NCBI RefSeq assembly: GCF_913062725.1
Contig: NZ_CAJXWY010000016.1
Location: forward strand, 2,320 to 66,319
Source of the DNA: an uncultured Thiohalocapsa sp.
GTDB taxonomy: Bacteria; Pseudomonadota; Gammaproteobacteria; Chromatiales; Chromatiaceae
Length of the DNA: 64,000 nucleotides
Reading direction: 5' to 3'
In this document: positions 22,039 through 30,785 of the stretch, one piece after another
Numbering within the stretch: position 1 is the stretch's first letter
Layout: each line of letters starts with the position of its first letter
Translations under genes and position numbers: made by a program
Notes under the pieces: generated by a model
Told to the model about the DNA's origin: nothing
The model's input: only the letters and a program-made list of their open reading frames with translations
Databases searched by the model: none

Positions 22039-22530
22039 CTAAGGATGACTCGTGGCGCCGGTGGCGGAGGGGTGATGGGCGTGCCCGGCCGCCGCGTCCC
22101 GCTCCATGCGCATGCCGACGGCGAGGTCGACGATGTAGAGCAGCATGGTCAGCGCCGGCGCCAGCAGCTGGCCCCTGAGCAGTTGGTGGATGGACAGCGT
22201 CGCCATGATCAGGAAGACGACGATGCGCATGTCGTTGATCGTGACATGAAAAAGATGGCGCTCTGCGTGCTTCGGGTGGCGTTGGTGGTCGTCCAGCGGT
22301 GCCAGACCGCTGCGACTCAGCGCGGCCGGAAGGGCTGCGTCGTGTACGGGGTCGAACCAGATCAGTACGCTGGCGGTGGCGGGATTGATGGTGACCTCAT
22401 CGATGATCGGCTGTGTGCGCAGCGATTCGTACAACGACAGGAAAAAGGGCAGATCGTGACGGCGCTGCGGCAGGCGCAGGCGCATGCGCCCGGTGCTGCG
22501 GTGGCTGATGCGGGCGGTTTCGGCGGTCAC
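22039..22530 (-). CDS. HMA2-domain membrane protein (His-rich)
   Basis: ISHRSTGRMRLRLP and VTINPATASVLIWFD (HMA2-type motifs); C-terminal TM QLLRGQLLAPALTMLLY; GTG start 11 nt after the DUF5132 stop. Confidence 0.75.
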   Translation of the reverse strand: MTAETARISHRSTGRMRLRLPQRRHDLPFFLSLYESLRTQPIIDEVTINPATASVLIWFDPVHDAALPAALSRSGLAPLDDHQRHPKHAERHLFHVTINDMRIVVFLIMATLSIHQLLRGQLLAPALTMLLYIVDLAVGMRMERDAAAGHAHHPSATGATSHP

Positions 22531-22540
22531 GGTGCTTGCG

Positions 22541-22843
22541 TCAGGCGTCCTGATCGGTGCCCTGGTCACGGGTGTCTTGCACGCTCGACAGGCTGGCCTC
22601 GCGCTCTTCGCGGAGCTCATCACGGACTTCCGCCACCAGGTCTTCCATCAGCTCGCCGAGCTCGGCGGCGGCCTCTTTGCTTTTTTCGTAGGCGATGAGG
22701 CCGGCCTTCAACGCTGACCGCGCCGCCGGTCGCACGTAGGGCGCGAGCAGGGTCACCGCCACCGGCACCAGCACGGCCACCCCGATGCCGACAGCCGTGT
22801 TGCGCACCATTTTGTTGCGGCCCTTGTGATTGGGTTGGGGCAT
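22541..22843 (-). CDS. DUF5132 family protein
   Basis: GIGVAVLVPVAVTLLAPYVRPAARSALKAGLIAYEKSKEAAAELGELMEDLVAEVRDEL; GGAGG RBS. Confidence 0.8.
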   Translation of the reverse strand: MPQPNHKGRNKMVRNTAVGIGVAVLVPVAVTLLAPYVRPAARSALKAGLIAYEKSKEAAAELGELMEDLVAEVRDELREEREASLSSVQDTRDQGTDQDA

Positions 22844-23208
22844 GTTTGCGCCTCCACTGATACCCGGCGGACGTCAATGTCCGGCGCAGACGCCAGCGGA
22901 CCGGGTGGCGGCGGGCGGGGGACGCCGTAGATTACGTCCCTGTAGGCTTCACGACCGCATCCCTGCGGTCGAGACCCCCGCCCGCCGCCACCCGGTCCGC
23001 AACAACCGAGCACACCGGGTGCGACGCGTCTGACGCTCGCGCTCGGGTCCCGGAAAGCCGCTGGCCGGTTTTTCACATCGTAGTCTAACGCAAAGTGGTG
23101 CGCAGGGTTTCGGTCCGCTGCGGGGGACGTCGTGGCCCTCGCTCTGCAGGCTTCACGGCGGCAGCCCTCCTAGGTAGACTGTGGGTGTTCGCCGCTACCC
23201 GCATGCCC

Positions 23209-26127
23209 ATGAACCTTCTCGTTGCTGTTCTGATTCCGCTGCTCGGTGCGCCTCTGGTCGCCTGGGTCGCGCACTTCGGTCGCTACCGAGCCGCTTGGGC
23301 GGCGGGTCTGCTGGCCGCGCTGGCGCTTGCGGTGTTGGTGCCGTCCATGCCGGCGGTGTTTGCCGGCGAGACCCTGGTGGCGACGATCCCATGGCTGCCG
23401 GCGCTGGGGCTGAACCTGGCCTTTCGGCTGGACGGGCTGGCGATGCTGTTCGCGATTCTGGTCCTGGTCATCGGCCTGCTGGTGATCCTCTATGCCCGGT
23501 ACTACCTGAGCGAGCGCGACAGCACCGGGCGCTTCTTCGCGTATTTCCTGTTGTTCAAGGGCTCGATGCTGGGCATCGTGCTGGCCGAGAACATCCTGTT
23601 GCTGCTGATGTTCTGGGAGATGACCAGCCTGTCGTCCTTCCTGCTCATCAGCTACTGGCAGCACCGCAGCGATGCCCGCAACGGCGCCCGCATGGCGCTG
23701 GCCGTCACCGGGCTCGGCGGGCTCGCCATGCTGGGCGGTTTTCTGCTGCTGGGGCATATGGCCGGCAGCTATGCGCTCTCGGATATCCTGACTCAGGGCG
23801 ATGCCATCCGCGCGCATGCGCTGTACACGCCTACGCTGGTGCTGATTCTGCTTGGGGCCTTCACCAAGTCGGCGCAGTTTCCGTTCCACTTCTGGCTGCC
23901 CCAGGCCATGGCGGCGCCGACACCGGTGTCGGCCTATCTGCACTCCGCCACCATGGTGAAGGCGGGGGTTTTTTTGCTGGCACGCCTGTTTCCGGTGCTC
24001 TCGGGCACCGATGCCTGGTCCAGCCTGGTGATGGGGGCGGGGTTGATCACCCTGGTAATCGGCGCCTACTTCGCGCTGTTCAAGCACGACCTGAAGGGGC
24101 TGCTCGCCTACTCCACCATCAGCCATCTCGGGCTGATCACCCTGCTGTTCGGCATCGGCACGCCGCTGGCGGCGGTGGCGGGCGTTTTCCATATCATCAA
24201 CCACGCCACCTTCAAGGCGTCGCTGTTCATGGCTGCGGGCATCATCGACCATGAGTGTGGCACCCGGGACATGCGCCTCATCAACGGCCTGTGGCGCTAC
24301 ATGCCCTACACCGCCACCCTGGCCATGGTGGCGGCGGCTTCCATGGCCGGTGTGCCGCTGTTCAATGGTTTCCTATCCAAGGAGATGTTCTTTCACGAGG
24401 CGGTGAACTTCGCCCGGTATACCCCCTGGGACTGGCTGCTCACGGTATCCGCCGCGGCCGCCGGCGTCTTCGCGGTGGCCTATTCGCTGCGCTTCATCCA
24501 CGATGTCTTCTTCAACGGCGAGCCGGTGAATCTGCCGCGCGAGCCGCATGAGCCGCCGCGCTGGATGAAGGTGCCGGTGGAGATACTGGTGGCGCTTTGC
24601 CTGCTGGTGGGCATCCTGCCGGCTTACACCGTCGGGCCGTTGCTGAAAGTCGCCGTGGTCGGCGTGCTGCAGGCGCCGCCGCCGTACTACAGCCTGGCCA
24701 TCTGGCACGGCTTCAACGCCGCGCTGGTGATGAGCGTCGTGGCCCTGGTGGGAGGGGTGCTGGTCTATCTGGGACGGCGGCCCTTGTTCAGGCTTGCGCA
24801 GCGCTGGCATGGGGTGCTGGACGCCCCGGCGGTGTATCTGTGGATCCTGGAGGCGGTACTGGCGCTGGCGCGCAGCGTCACCCGGCTGCTGGATACGGGC
24901 TCGTTGCAGCGCATGCTGGCGGTGCTCATCGTCACCGCCATCGCAGCGGGGGCCATGGGCATCATCCCGCCCCATGTGCCCATTACCGGCCCGGTGCCCG
25001 TGAGCGTGCCGGATGTCGCCAGTGTGCTGGTGGCGGCGGCCCTGGTGGCGGTGGCGCTGGCGTCTGCGCTCATCCACCAGCGCCGGCTCACGGCGCTCAT
25101 CGTGCTCGGCGCCGTCGGCCTGCTGGTGTCTCTGATCTTCGTGAAGTTCTCGGCGCCGGACCTGGCCCTGACGCAGTTGTCGGTGGAAGTGGTCACCATC
25201 GTGCTGTTGCTGCTGGCCATGTACTTTCTGCCTCGGCGTACGCCGGTGGAAGCCGACACCGGCCGCCGGCTGCGGCATTTCCTGATCGCGCTGGCGTCAG
25301 GCAGCGGCGCGGGTATTTTGTCCTGGGCGGTGCTGACCCGCCCACACACGCCGATTTCCGACTTCTTCCTCGACAACAGCGTCTCCGGCGGCGGCGGCAC
25401 CAATGTGGTGAATGTCATCCTGGTGGACTTCCGGGGCTTCGACACCCTGGGCGAGATCACCGTGCTGGCGCTGGCCGGGCTCGGCATCTATGCGCTGCTC
25501 AAGGACCTGCGCCTGGCCGCTCCGGCCTACGACATCCTCGGCCGGCCCTGGAACTGGGATCTGCACCCGCCCATCATGGCGGCGCTGGTGCGGCTGCTGC
25601 TGCCGCTGGCGCTGTTGGTGGCGGTGTTCATCTTCCTGCGCGGCCACAACCTGCCCGGCGGCGGCTTCATCGCCGGGCTGGTGACGGCGGTGGCCTTGAT
25701 CATGCAGTACCTCGCCAACGGCGTCACTTGGACCCATGAGCGCATGCCCGGTAATCTGCATCCGGCCATCGGTCTCGGGCTCCTCATCGCCGTGGCCACG
25801 GGCGTCTTCAGCATGCTGTTGGGCTATCCGTTCCTGACCTCGGCCTTCACTCATGTGCACTGGCCCTTCGCCGACTTCGAATTGGCTTCGGCCATCGCCT
25901 TCGATCTTGGTGTCTATCTGGTGGTGGTGGGGGCCACGCTGCTGATCCTGGTGCACATGGGCCTGATGCACGGTGCGAGCCATGCGGTGGATGTCGCTGA
26001 TGCCGGGGCAATCGTCGAGCCCGCCGTGCACCCGCGCCCGCGCCCGGATGCGGTTGCGGATGCGGCGACGGGTGGGGCGGCCGTGTCCGGCCGCGCGCCC
26101 GACCCCTCCCTCACGACCGCTGACTGA
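23209..26127 (+). CDS. phaA: Mrp/Pha cation:H+ antiporter subunit A/B fusion
   Basis: FWEMTSLSSFLLI; GAFTKSAQFPFHFWLPQAMAAPTPVSAYLHSATMVKAG; DFRGFDTLGE; MrpB part GHNLPGGGFIAGL. Confidence 0.95.
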   Translation: MNLLVAVLIPLLGAPLVAWVAHFGRYRAAWAAGLLAALALAVLVPSMPAVFAGETLVATIPWLPALGLNLAFRLDGLAMLFAILVLVIGLLVILYARYYLSERDSTGRFFAYFLLFKGSMLGIVLAENILLLLMFWEMTSLSSFLLISYWQHRSDARNGARMALAVTGLGGLAMLGGFLLLGHMAGSYALSDILTQGDAIRAHALYTPTLVLILLGAFTKSAQFPFHFWLPQAMAAPTPVSAYLHSATMVKAGVFLLARLFPVLSGTDAWSSLVMGAGLITLVIGAYFALFKHDLKGLLAYSTISHLGLITLLFGIGTPLAAVAGVFHIINHATFKASLFMAAGIIDHECGTRDMRLINGLWRYMPYTATLAMVAAASMAGVPLFNGFLSKEMFFHEAVNFARYTPWDWLLTVSAAAAGVFAVAYSLRFIHDVFFNGEPVNLPREPHEPPRWMKVPVEILVALCLLVGILPAYTVGPLLKVAVVGVLQAPPPYYSLAIWHGFNAALVMSVVALVGGVLVYLGRRPLFRLAQRWHGVLDAPAVYLWILEAVLALARSVTRLLDTGSLQRMLAVLIVTAIAAGAMGIIPPHVPITGPVPVSVPDVASVLVAAALVAVALASALIHQRRLTALIVLGAVGLLVSLIFVKFSAPDLALTQLSVEVVTIVLLLLAMYFLPRRTPVEADTGRRLRHFLIALASGSGAGILSWAVLTRPHTPISDFFLDNSVSGGGGTNVVNVILVDFRGFDTLGEITVLALAGLGIYALLKDLRLAAPAYDILGRPWNWDLHPPIMAALVRLLLPLALLVAVFIFLRGHNLPGGGFIAGLVTAVALIMQYLANGVTWTHERMPGNLHPAIGLGLLIAVATGVFSMLLGYPFLTSAFTHVHWPFADFELASAIAFDLGVYLVVVGATLLILVHMGLMHGASHAVDVADAGAIVEPAVHPRPRPDAVADAATGGAAVSGRAPDPSLTTAD

Positions 26128-26142
26128 CGCCCCTGCATCGTT

Positions 26143-26526
26143 ATGGAAGCCCTGCTCGCCGGCATCATCGCCAGTCTGACCGGTTTTGGCGTGTATCTTT
26201 TATTACGCGCTTACACCTTCCCTGTGGTCCTGGGGCTGACGCTGTTGTCCTACGCCGTGAATCTGTTCCTGTTCGCCACCGGTCGGCTCACCGTCGGCCA
26301 GCCGGCGGTGATCGGCGCCGAGGCCGCCGGTTATGCCGATCCGCTGCCGCAGGCGCTGGTGCTCACCGCCATCGTCATCGCCTTCGCCATGACCGCCTTC
26401 GTGATCGTGCTCGCGCTCAAGGCGCGGGCGGTGCTGGGCAACGACCACGTGGACGGCCGCCCCGTCGATGGCGGTGAAGGCGGTGCGGTATCCCACCGGG
26501 GCGATGCGCCCGAGGAGGGCGCTTGA
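26143..26526 (+). CDS. phaC: Mrp/Pha subunit C
   Basis: YADPLPQALVLTAIVIAFA. Confidence 0.95.
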   Translation: MEALLAGIIASLTGFGVYLLLRAYTFPVVLGLTLLSYAVNLFLFATGRLTVGQPAVIGAEAAGYADPLPQALVLTAIVIAFAMTAFVIVLALKARAVLGNDHVDGRPVDGGEGGAVSHRGDAPEEGA

Positions 26527-28142
26527 GTCAAGCCGTCATTTTGCCGCTGCTGCTGCCGCTGATTGCGGCCATCGTGCTGCTGCTGACGCGGCGGCGGGTG
26601 TCGCTGCGCATGCGCCGGGGCATCAACCTGGGCGCCACCGTGCTGGAATTGCTCGCGGTACTGTGGCTGCTGGTGCTGGTGACGGCCGAGGGCATCCTCG
26701 TCTATCAGGTCGGCGACTGGCCCGCGCCCTATGGCATTTCCCTGGTGGCCGATCGGCTCAGCGTCTGGATGCTGCTGATCACCGCCCTGCTGGCCTGCTG
26801 CGCGCTGTACTACGCCGTGCAGGGCACCGACAGCGGCAGCCGCCATTTTCATCCGCTGTTCCAGCTGCAGATCTTCGGGCTGAACGGCGCCTTTCTTACC
26901 GGCGATCTGTTCAATCTGTTCGTCTTCTTCGAGGTGCTGTTGCTGGCTTCCTACGGACTGCTGCTGCACGGCGGCGGCCGCGCCCGGGTGCGCGCCGGCC
27001 TGCACTTCGTGGTGTTGAATCTGGCGGGCTCCACCCTGTTTCTGTTTGCGGTGGGTACCCTCTACGGCATCCTCGGTACCCTCAATATGGCGGATCTGGC
27101 CGTTCGGGTGGCGGATACGGCGCCCGCGGATGTGGGCATCGTGCGCGCCGCCGGCCTGCTGTTGTTCACCGTCTTCGCACTGAAGGCGGCCCTGGTGCCG
27201 CTCTACCTGTGGCTGCCGGGCGCCTATGCCAGCACGTCGGCGCCGGTGGCCGCCCTGTTCGCGATCATGACCAAAGTGGGTGCCTACGCCATCCTGCGGG
27301 TGGAGACGCTCATCTTCGGCGATGCGGCGGGGCCCTTGGCCCATCTCATCGAGCCCGTGCTGCTGCCCCTCGCCCTGATCACCATGGCCGTCGCCGTGCT
27401 GGGCGTGCTGGCGGCCCAGGGCCTGCGCCGGCAGGCGGCCTACCTGGTGGTGCTGTCCATCGGCACCCTGCTCACCGCCTTTGCGCTCGGCACCCGAGCG
27501 GGTATCGCCGCCGGTCTCTACTATCTGCCGCACAGCACCTTTGCCGCCGCGGCCCTGTTCCTGTTGGCGGGCATCGTCGCCCGCGGCCGCGGCGCCATGG
27601 GCGAGCGCCTGGAGCCGGGCCCGGCCGTGCCGGCGGCGCCGCTGGTGGGCGGCGTGTTCTTCCTGCTGGCGGTGCTCATCGCCGGGCTGCCGCCGCTGTC
27701 CGGTTTCCTTGGTAAATGGATGCTGCTGCAGGCGGCCCTGGCGCAGCCGGCGATGGCCTGGATCTTCGCGGTGGTGCTGACCGCCGGCCTGCTGACCATC
27801 GTGGCACTGGCCCGCAGCGGCAGCTTGCTGTTCTACCGGGGCGCGCAGGGCGGCGGAGACGCCAGCGCCGTGGCCTGGGCCTCAGGACTCGCCGCCGCCG
27901 TCGAGCACGATGCTGGCGGTGGGCACGGTGACGGTCGGCGCTGTGACATCGAGGCGCCGGCGGTTGCTGCCGGGCCGGACTGGAAGCGGCTGATCCCCGT
28001 CATGGTCCTGGCGGGGCTCTGCCTGGGGCTGGTGGCCGCCGCCGCCCCGGTGACGGCTTTCAGCGCCGCCACGGCGGAAGCGCTGCTGACGCCCGAGCGC
28101 TACATCGAGGCCGTGCTCGGCGGCGCCGCCGGAGAGCCCTGA
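26523..28142 (+). CDS. phaD: Mrp/Pha subunit D
   Basis: GAFLTGDLFNLFVFFEVLLLASY; WLPGAY; IMTKVG; GLPPLSGFLGK; TTG start overlapping the phaC stop. Confidence 0.93.
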   Translation: MSQAVILPLLLPLIAAIVLLLTRRRVSLRMRRGINLGATVLELLAVLWLLVLVTAEGILVYQVGDWPAPYGISLVADRLSVWMLLITALLACCALYYAVQGTDSGSRHFHPLFQLQIFGLNGAFLTGDLFNLFVFFEVLLLASYGLLLHGGGRARVRAGLHFVVLNLAGSTLFLFAVGTLYGILGTLNMADLAVRVADTAPADVGIVRAAGLLLFTVFALKAALVPLYLWLPGAYASTSAPVAALFAIMTKVGAYAILRVETLIFGDAAGPLAHLIEPVLLPLALITMAVAVLGVLAAQGLRRQAAYLVVLSIGTLLTAFALGTRAGIAAGLYYLPHSTFAAAALFLLAGIVARGRGAMGERLEPGPAVPAAPLVGGVFFLLAVLIAGLPPLSGFLGKWMLLQAALAQPAMAWIFAVVLTAGLLTIVALARSGSLLFYRGAQGGGDASAVAWASGLAAAVEHDAGGGHGDGRRCDIEAPAVAAGPDWKRLIPVMVLAGLCLGLVAAAAPVTAFSAATAEALLTPERYIEAVLGGAAGEP

Positions 28143-28144
28143 GC

Positions 28145-28642
28145 ATGCTGCACCGTCTGCTGCCACATCCGCTGCTGACCGTTACGCTGGCGCTGACATG
28201 GCTCTTGCTGGTGAACAGTCTCACGCCCGGTCAGGCGCTGATCGGGCTCATCCTGGGCTGGGCCATTCCGGTGTTCACCCGGCGGTTTTGGCCGGAGCGG
28301 GTGCGTATCGCCCGGCCCTGGTGGCTGGTGTTCTTCCTGATCAAGGTCCTGTGGGACATCCTCGTCGCCAATGTGGCCGTCGCGGTGCTGATCGTGGGCG
28401 GGCAGCGCTTCGCGCGGCCGGCGTTCGTGGCCGTGCCGTTGGAACTGCGCACGGAGCTTGCCATCGGCATCCTGGCGAACACCATCTCGCTGACGCCCGG
28501 AACCGTCTCGGCGTGGCTGAGCCCGGACCGCAAGCTCTTGATGGTGCATGGCCTGCGGGTGAATGATCCCGACGCCCTGGTGCAGGAGATCAAGACCCGC
28601 TACGAGCGACCGCTGGTCGACATCTTCGAGCCGCCCTGCTGA
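28145..28642 (+). CDS. phaE: Mrp/Pha subunit E
   Basis: LANTISLTPGTVS; LMVHGL; IKTRYERPL. Confidence 0.93.
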   Translation: MLHRLLPHPLLTVTLALTWLLLVNSLTPGQALIGLILGWAIPVFTRRFWPERVRIARPWWLVFFLIKVLWDILVANVAVAVLIVGGQRFARPAFVAVPLELRTELAIGILANTISLTPGTVSAWLSPDRKLLMVHGLRVNDPDALVQEIKTRYERPLVDIFEPPC

Positions 28643-28671
28643 GTCCCCGATTGAGCCACTTGTTGAGCCCC

Positions 28672-28941
28672 ATGTTGAGCATCGCCCTGATCATCGCCTT
28701 CACGCTCGTCTGCGCCGCGCTGATTCTGAGCCTGTGGCGCCTGCTGGTGGGGCCGGATCACCCGGACCGCATCCTGGCGCTGGACACCCTGTACGTGAAC
28801 ACCATCGCGTTGCTGGTGCTGCTCGGTATCCTGCTCGGCAGCGCCCTCTATTTCGAGGCGGCGCTGCTGATTGCGATGATGGGCTTCGTGGGAACCGTCG
28901 CGCTGTGCAAGTACCTGCTGCGCGGCGACATTATCGAATAG
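28672..28941 (+). CDS. phaF: Mrp/Pha subunit F
   Basis: GPDHPDRILALDTL; FVGTVALCKYLLRGDIIE. Confidence 0.93.
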   Translation: MLSIALIIAFTLVCAALILSLWRLLVGPDHPDRILALDTLYVNTIALLVLLGILLGSALYFEAALLIAMMGFVGTVALCKYLLRGDIIE

Positions 28942-28948
28942 GTGCAGC

Positions 28949-29299
28949 ATGCTCGAGATTGCCATCTCGGTACTGATCATCATCGGCGCCGCCTTCACCT
29001 TCATCGGCTCACTGGGGCTCGCGCGGCTCGGGGATTTCTACACCCGCCTGCACGGGCCCACCAAGGCCACCACGCTCGGCGTTGGCGCCCTGCTGATCGC
29101 GTCGGTGATTCACTTCAGCACCACCGGTCAGGGTGTGAGCCTGCACGAAGTGCTGGTGACGATCTTCCTGTTCATCACCGCACCCGTCAGTGCCCATTTG
29201 CTGGCCAAGACCGCGCTCCATCTGCGCGTTGGCTCGCTGGCGCCGACGCCACCCCGGGCCGAGGCGGCCGCCGCGGCGAAAGCGCAGCGCGACGACTGA
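28949..29299 (+). CDS. phaG: Mrp/Pha subunit G
   Basis: DFYTRLHGPTKATTLG; FLFITAPVSAHLLAK. Confidence 0.93.
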   Translation: MLEIAISVLIIIGAAFTFIGSLGLARLGDFYTRLHGPTKATTLGVGALLIASVIHFSTTGQGVSLHEVLVTIFLFITAPVSAHLLAKTALHLRVGSLAPTPPRAEAAAAAKAQRDD

Positions 29300-29399
29300 C
29301 ACCGGGGCCGATCCGTCGGATGTCGAGCCGCCGCGTTGTTCTTGCGCGGCCTCACCCCGACTTTCCCTGACCACGAGAATGCAGGCGCGCGCTGTGCCC

Positions 29400-30785
29400 A
29401 TGAGCCGCCCGAGCAGCGCGCGCCTCGAATACAGACCAGCCAACGATTGCAGCCAGTCCGTGCGTACCGCCGTCAAATTCCTGTTGCCCATCCTGGTGCT
29501 GACCATCGGCGTCGGCGCCTTCCAGGTGCTCAAGTCCACCAAGCCCGCGCAGACACCGCCGCAGGTGCAAGAACGGGTCTGGCGCGTGGCAGTGGAGCGC
29601 GCCGTGCCCCAGCGCCTGGCACCCGAGCTGACGCTGTATGGCCGGGTGGAGACGCCCGACTTGCTGCGTGCAACGGCCTCCGCAGCGGCCTGGGTCACCG
29701 AGGTGGCGGTGGAAGACGGCCAGCGTGTGGCGGCGGGCGACGTGCTGGTGCGCCTCGACGAGCGGGATTTCCTGCCGCGCATCGCGCAGGCCGAGGCGCA
29801 GGTCGCCGAGCTTGAAGCGGAGATCGAGAGCGAGCGTAACCGCTACGAGACCGACCGGCTGGCGCTCGAGAAGGAGCAGCGTCTGCTGCAGCTCGCCCGT
29901 GACGCCGTTGCCCGTCAGGAACGCCTCAAGACCCAGCGGGTGGGCGCTGAGCAGGCCCTGGATGAGGCGGAGCAGGCCGCGGTACAACAGGCGCTGGCGG
30001 TCTCCAACCGTGAGATGAGCCTGGCGGATCATCCCATCCGCGTGCGCGCGCTGCAGGCGCGTCTCGCGAGCAGCCAGGCGCGCCTGCAAGAGCTGCAGCT
30101 GGAGTACGAGCGTGCCACGCTGCGCGCCCCCTACGACGGCATCGTCACCGCCGTGGACGCGACCGAGGGCGATCAGGTGACGAAAGGGCAGGTGCTGGCG
30201 CGTATGTTCGCGCTTGCCAGCCTGCAGGTTCGCGCGCGCATCCCGGCCCCCTACCAGGCGGAGCTGCTGACGGCCCTCAGCGAGGCCGGCGTCCTGCCGG
30301 CGGAGGCCGAGATCGGCGATGTCCGCCTGGCACTGACGCTGGAGCGCATCGCCGGTGAGGCGGGGCCGAGTGGCGTCGATGGACTGTTTCATGTGGACAG
30401 CGATCCGGCGGCGCTGCGGCTCGGTCAGATGCTGACGCTGCGCCTGGCGCGTCCGGCCCGCGACAACGTCATCGCCGTGCCCTTCCGGGCGGTCTACGGT
30501 GGCGGGCGCATCTATAAGCTCGAAGGCGGCCGCATGGTAGGCGTGGACGTGGAGACGCTCGGCGAGCGCAGCGGCGGTGGGGACGACGATGAGCGTCTGC
30601 TGGTGCGCTCACCGCAGATCCAGGCCGGCGATCTCATCGTCACCACGCACATGCCCAACGCAGTCGACGGTCTGCGGGTCGAAACCCTCGCCGAAGGTCG
30701 GGTGGCGAAGGCGCCCCCGGGCCGTGCCCGGCAGGTGGGCGCATCCGGCGCGGATGGCTCTGTTCAACCGCAGGCGGTCCAATGA
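29400..30785 (+). CDS. RND efflux periplasmic adaptor (membrane fusion protein); start uncertain (29379 or 29400)
   Basis: N-terminal TM; VEDGQRVAAGDVLVRLD lipoyl motif; coiled coil; LRAPYDGIV. Confidence 0.85.
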   Translation: MSRPSSARLEYRPANDCSQSVRTAVKFLLPILVLTIGVGAFQVLKSTKPAQTPPQVQERVWRVAVERAVPQRLAPELTLYGRVETPDLLRATASAAAWVTEVAVEDGQRVAAGDVLVRLDERDFLPRIAQAEAQVAELEAEIESERNRYETDRLALEKEQRLLQLARDAVARQERLKTQRVGAEQALDEAEQAAVQQALAVSNREMSLADHPIRVRALQARLASSQARLQELQLEYERATLRAPYDGIVTAVDATEGDQVTKGQVLARMFALASLQVRARIPAPYQAELLTALSEAGVLPAEAEIGDVRLALTLERIAGEAGPSGVDGLFHVDSDPAALRLGQMLTLRLARPARDNVIAVPFRAVYGGGRIYKLEGGRMVGVDVETLGERSGGGDDDERLLVRSPQIQAGDLIVTTHMPNAVDGLRVETLAEGRVAKAPPGRARQVGASGADGSVQPQAVQ

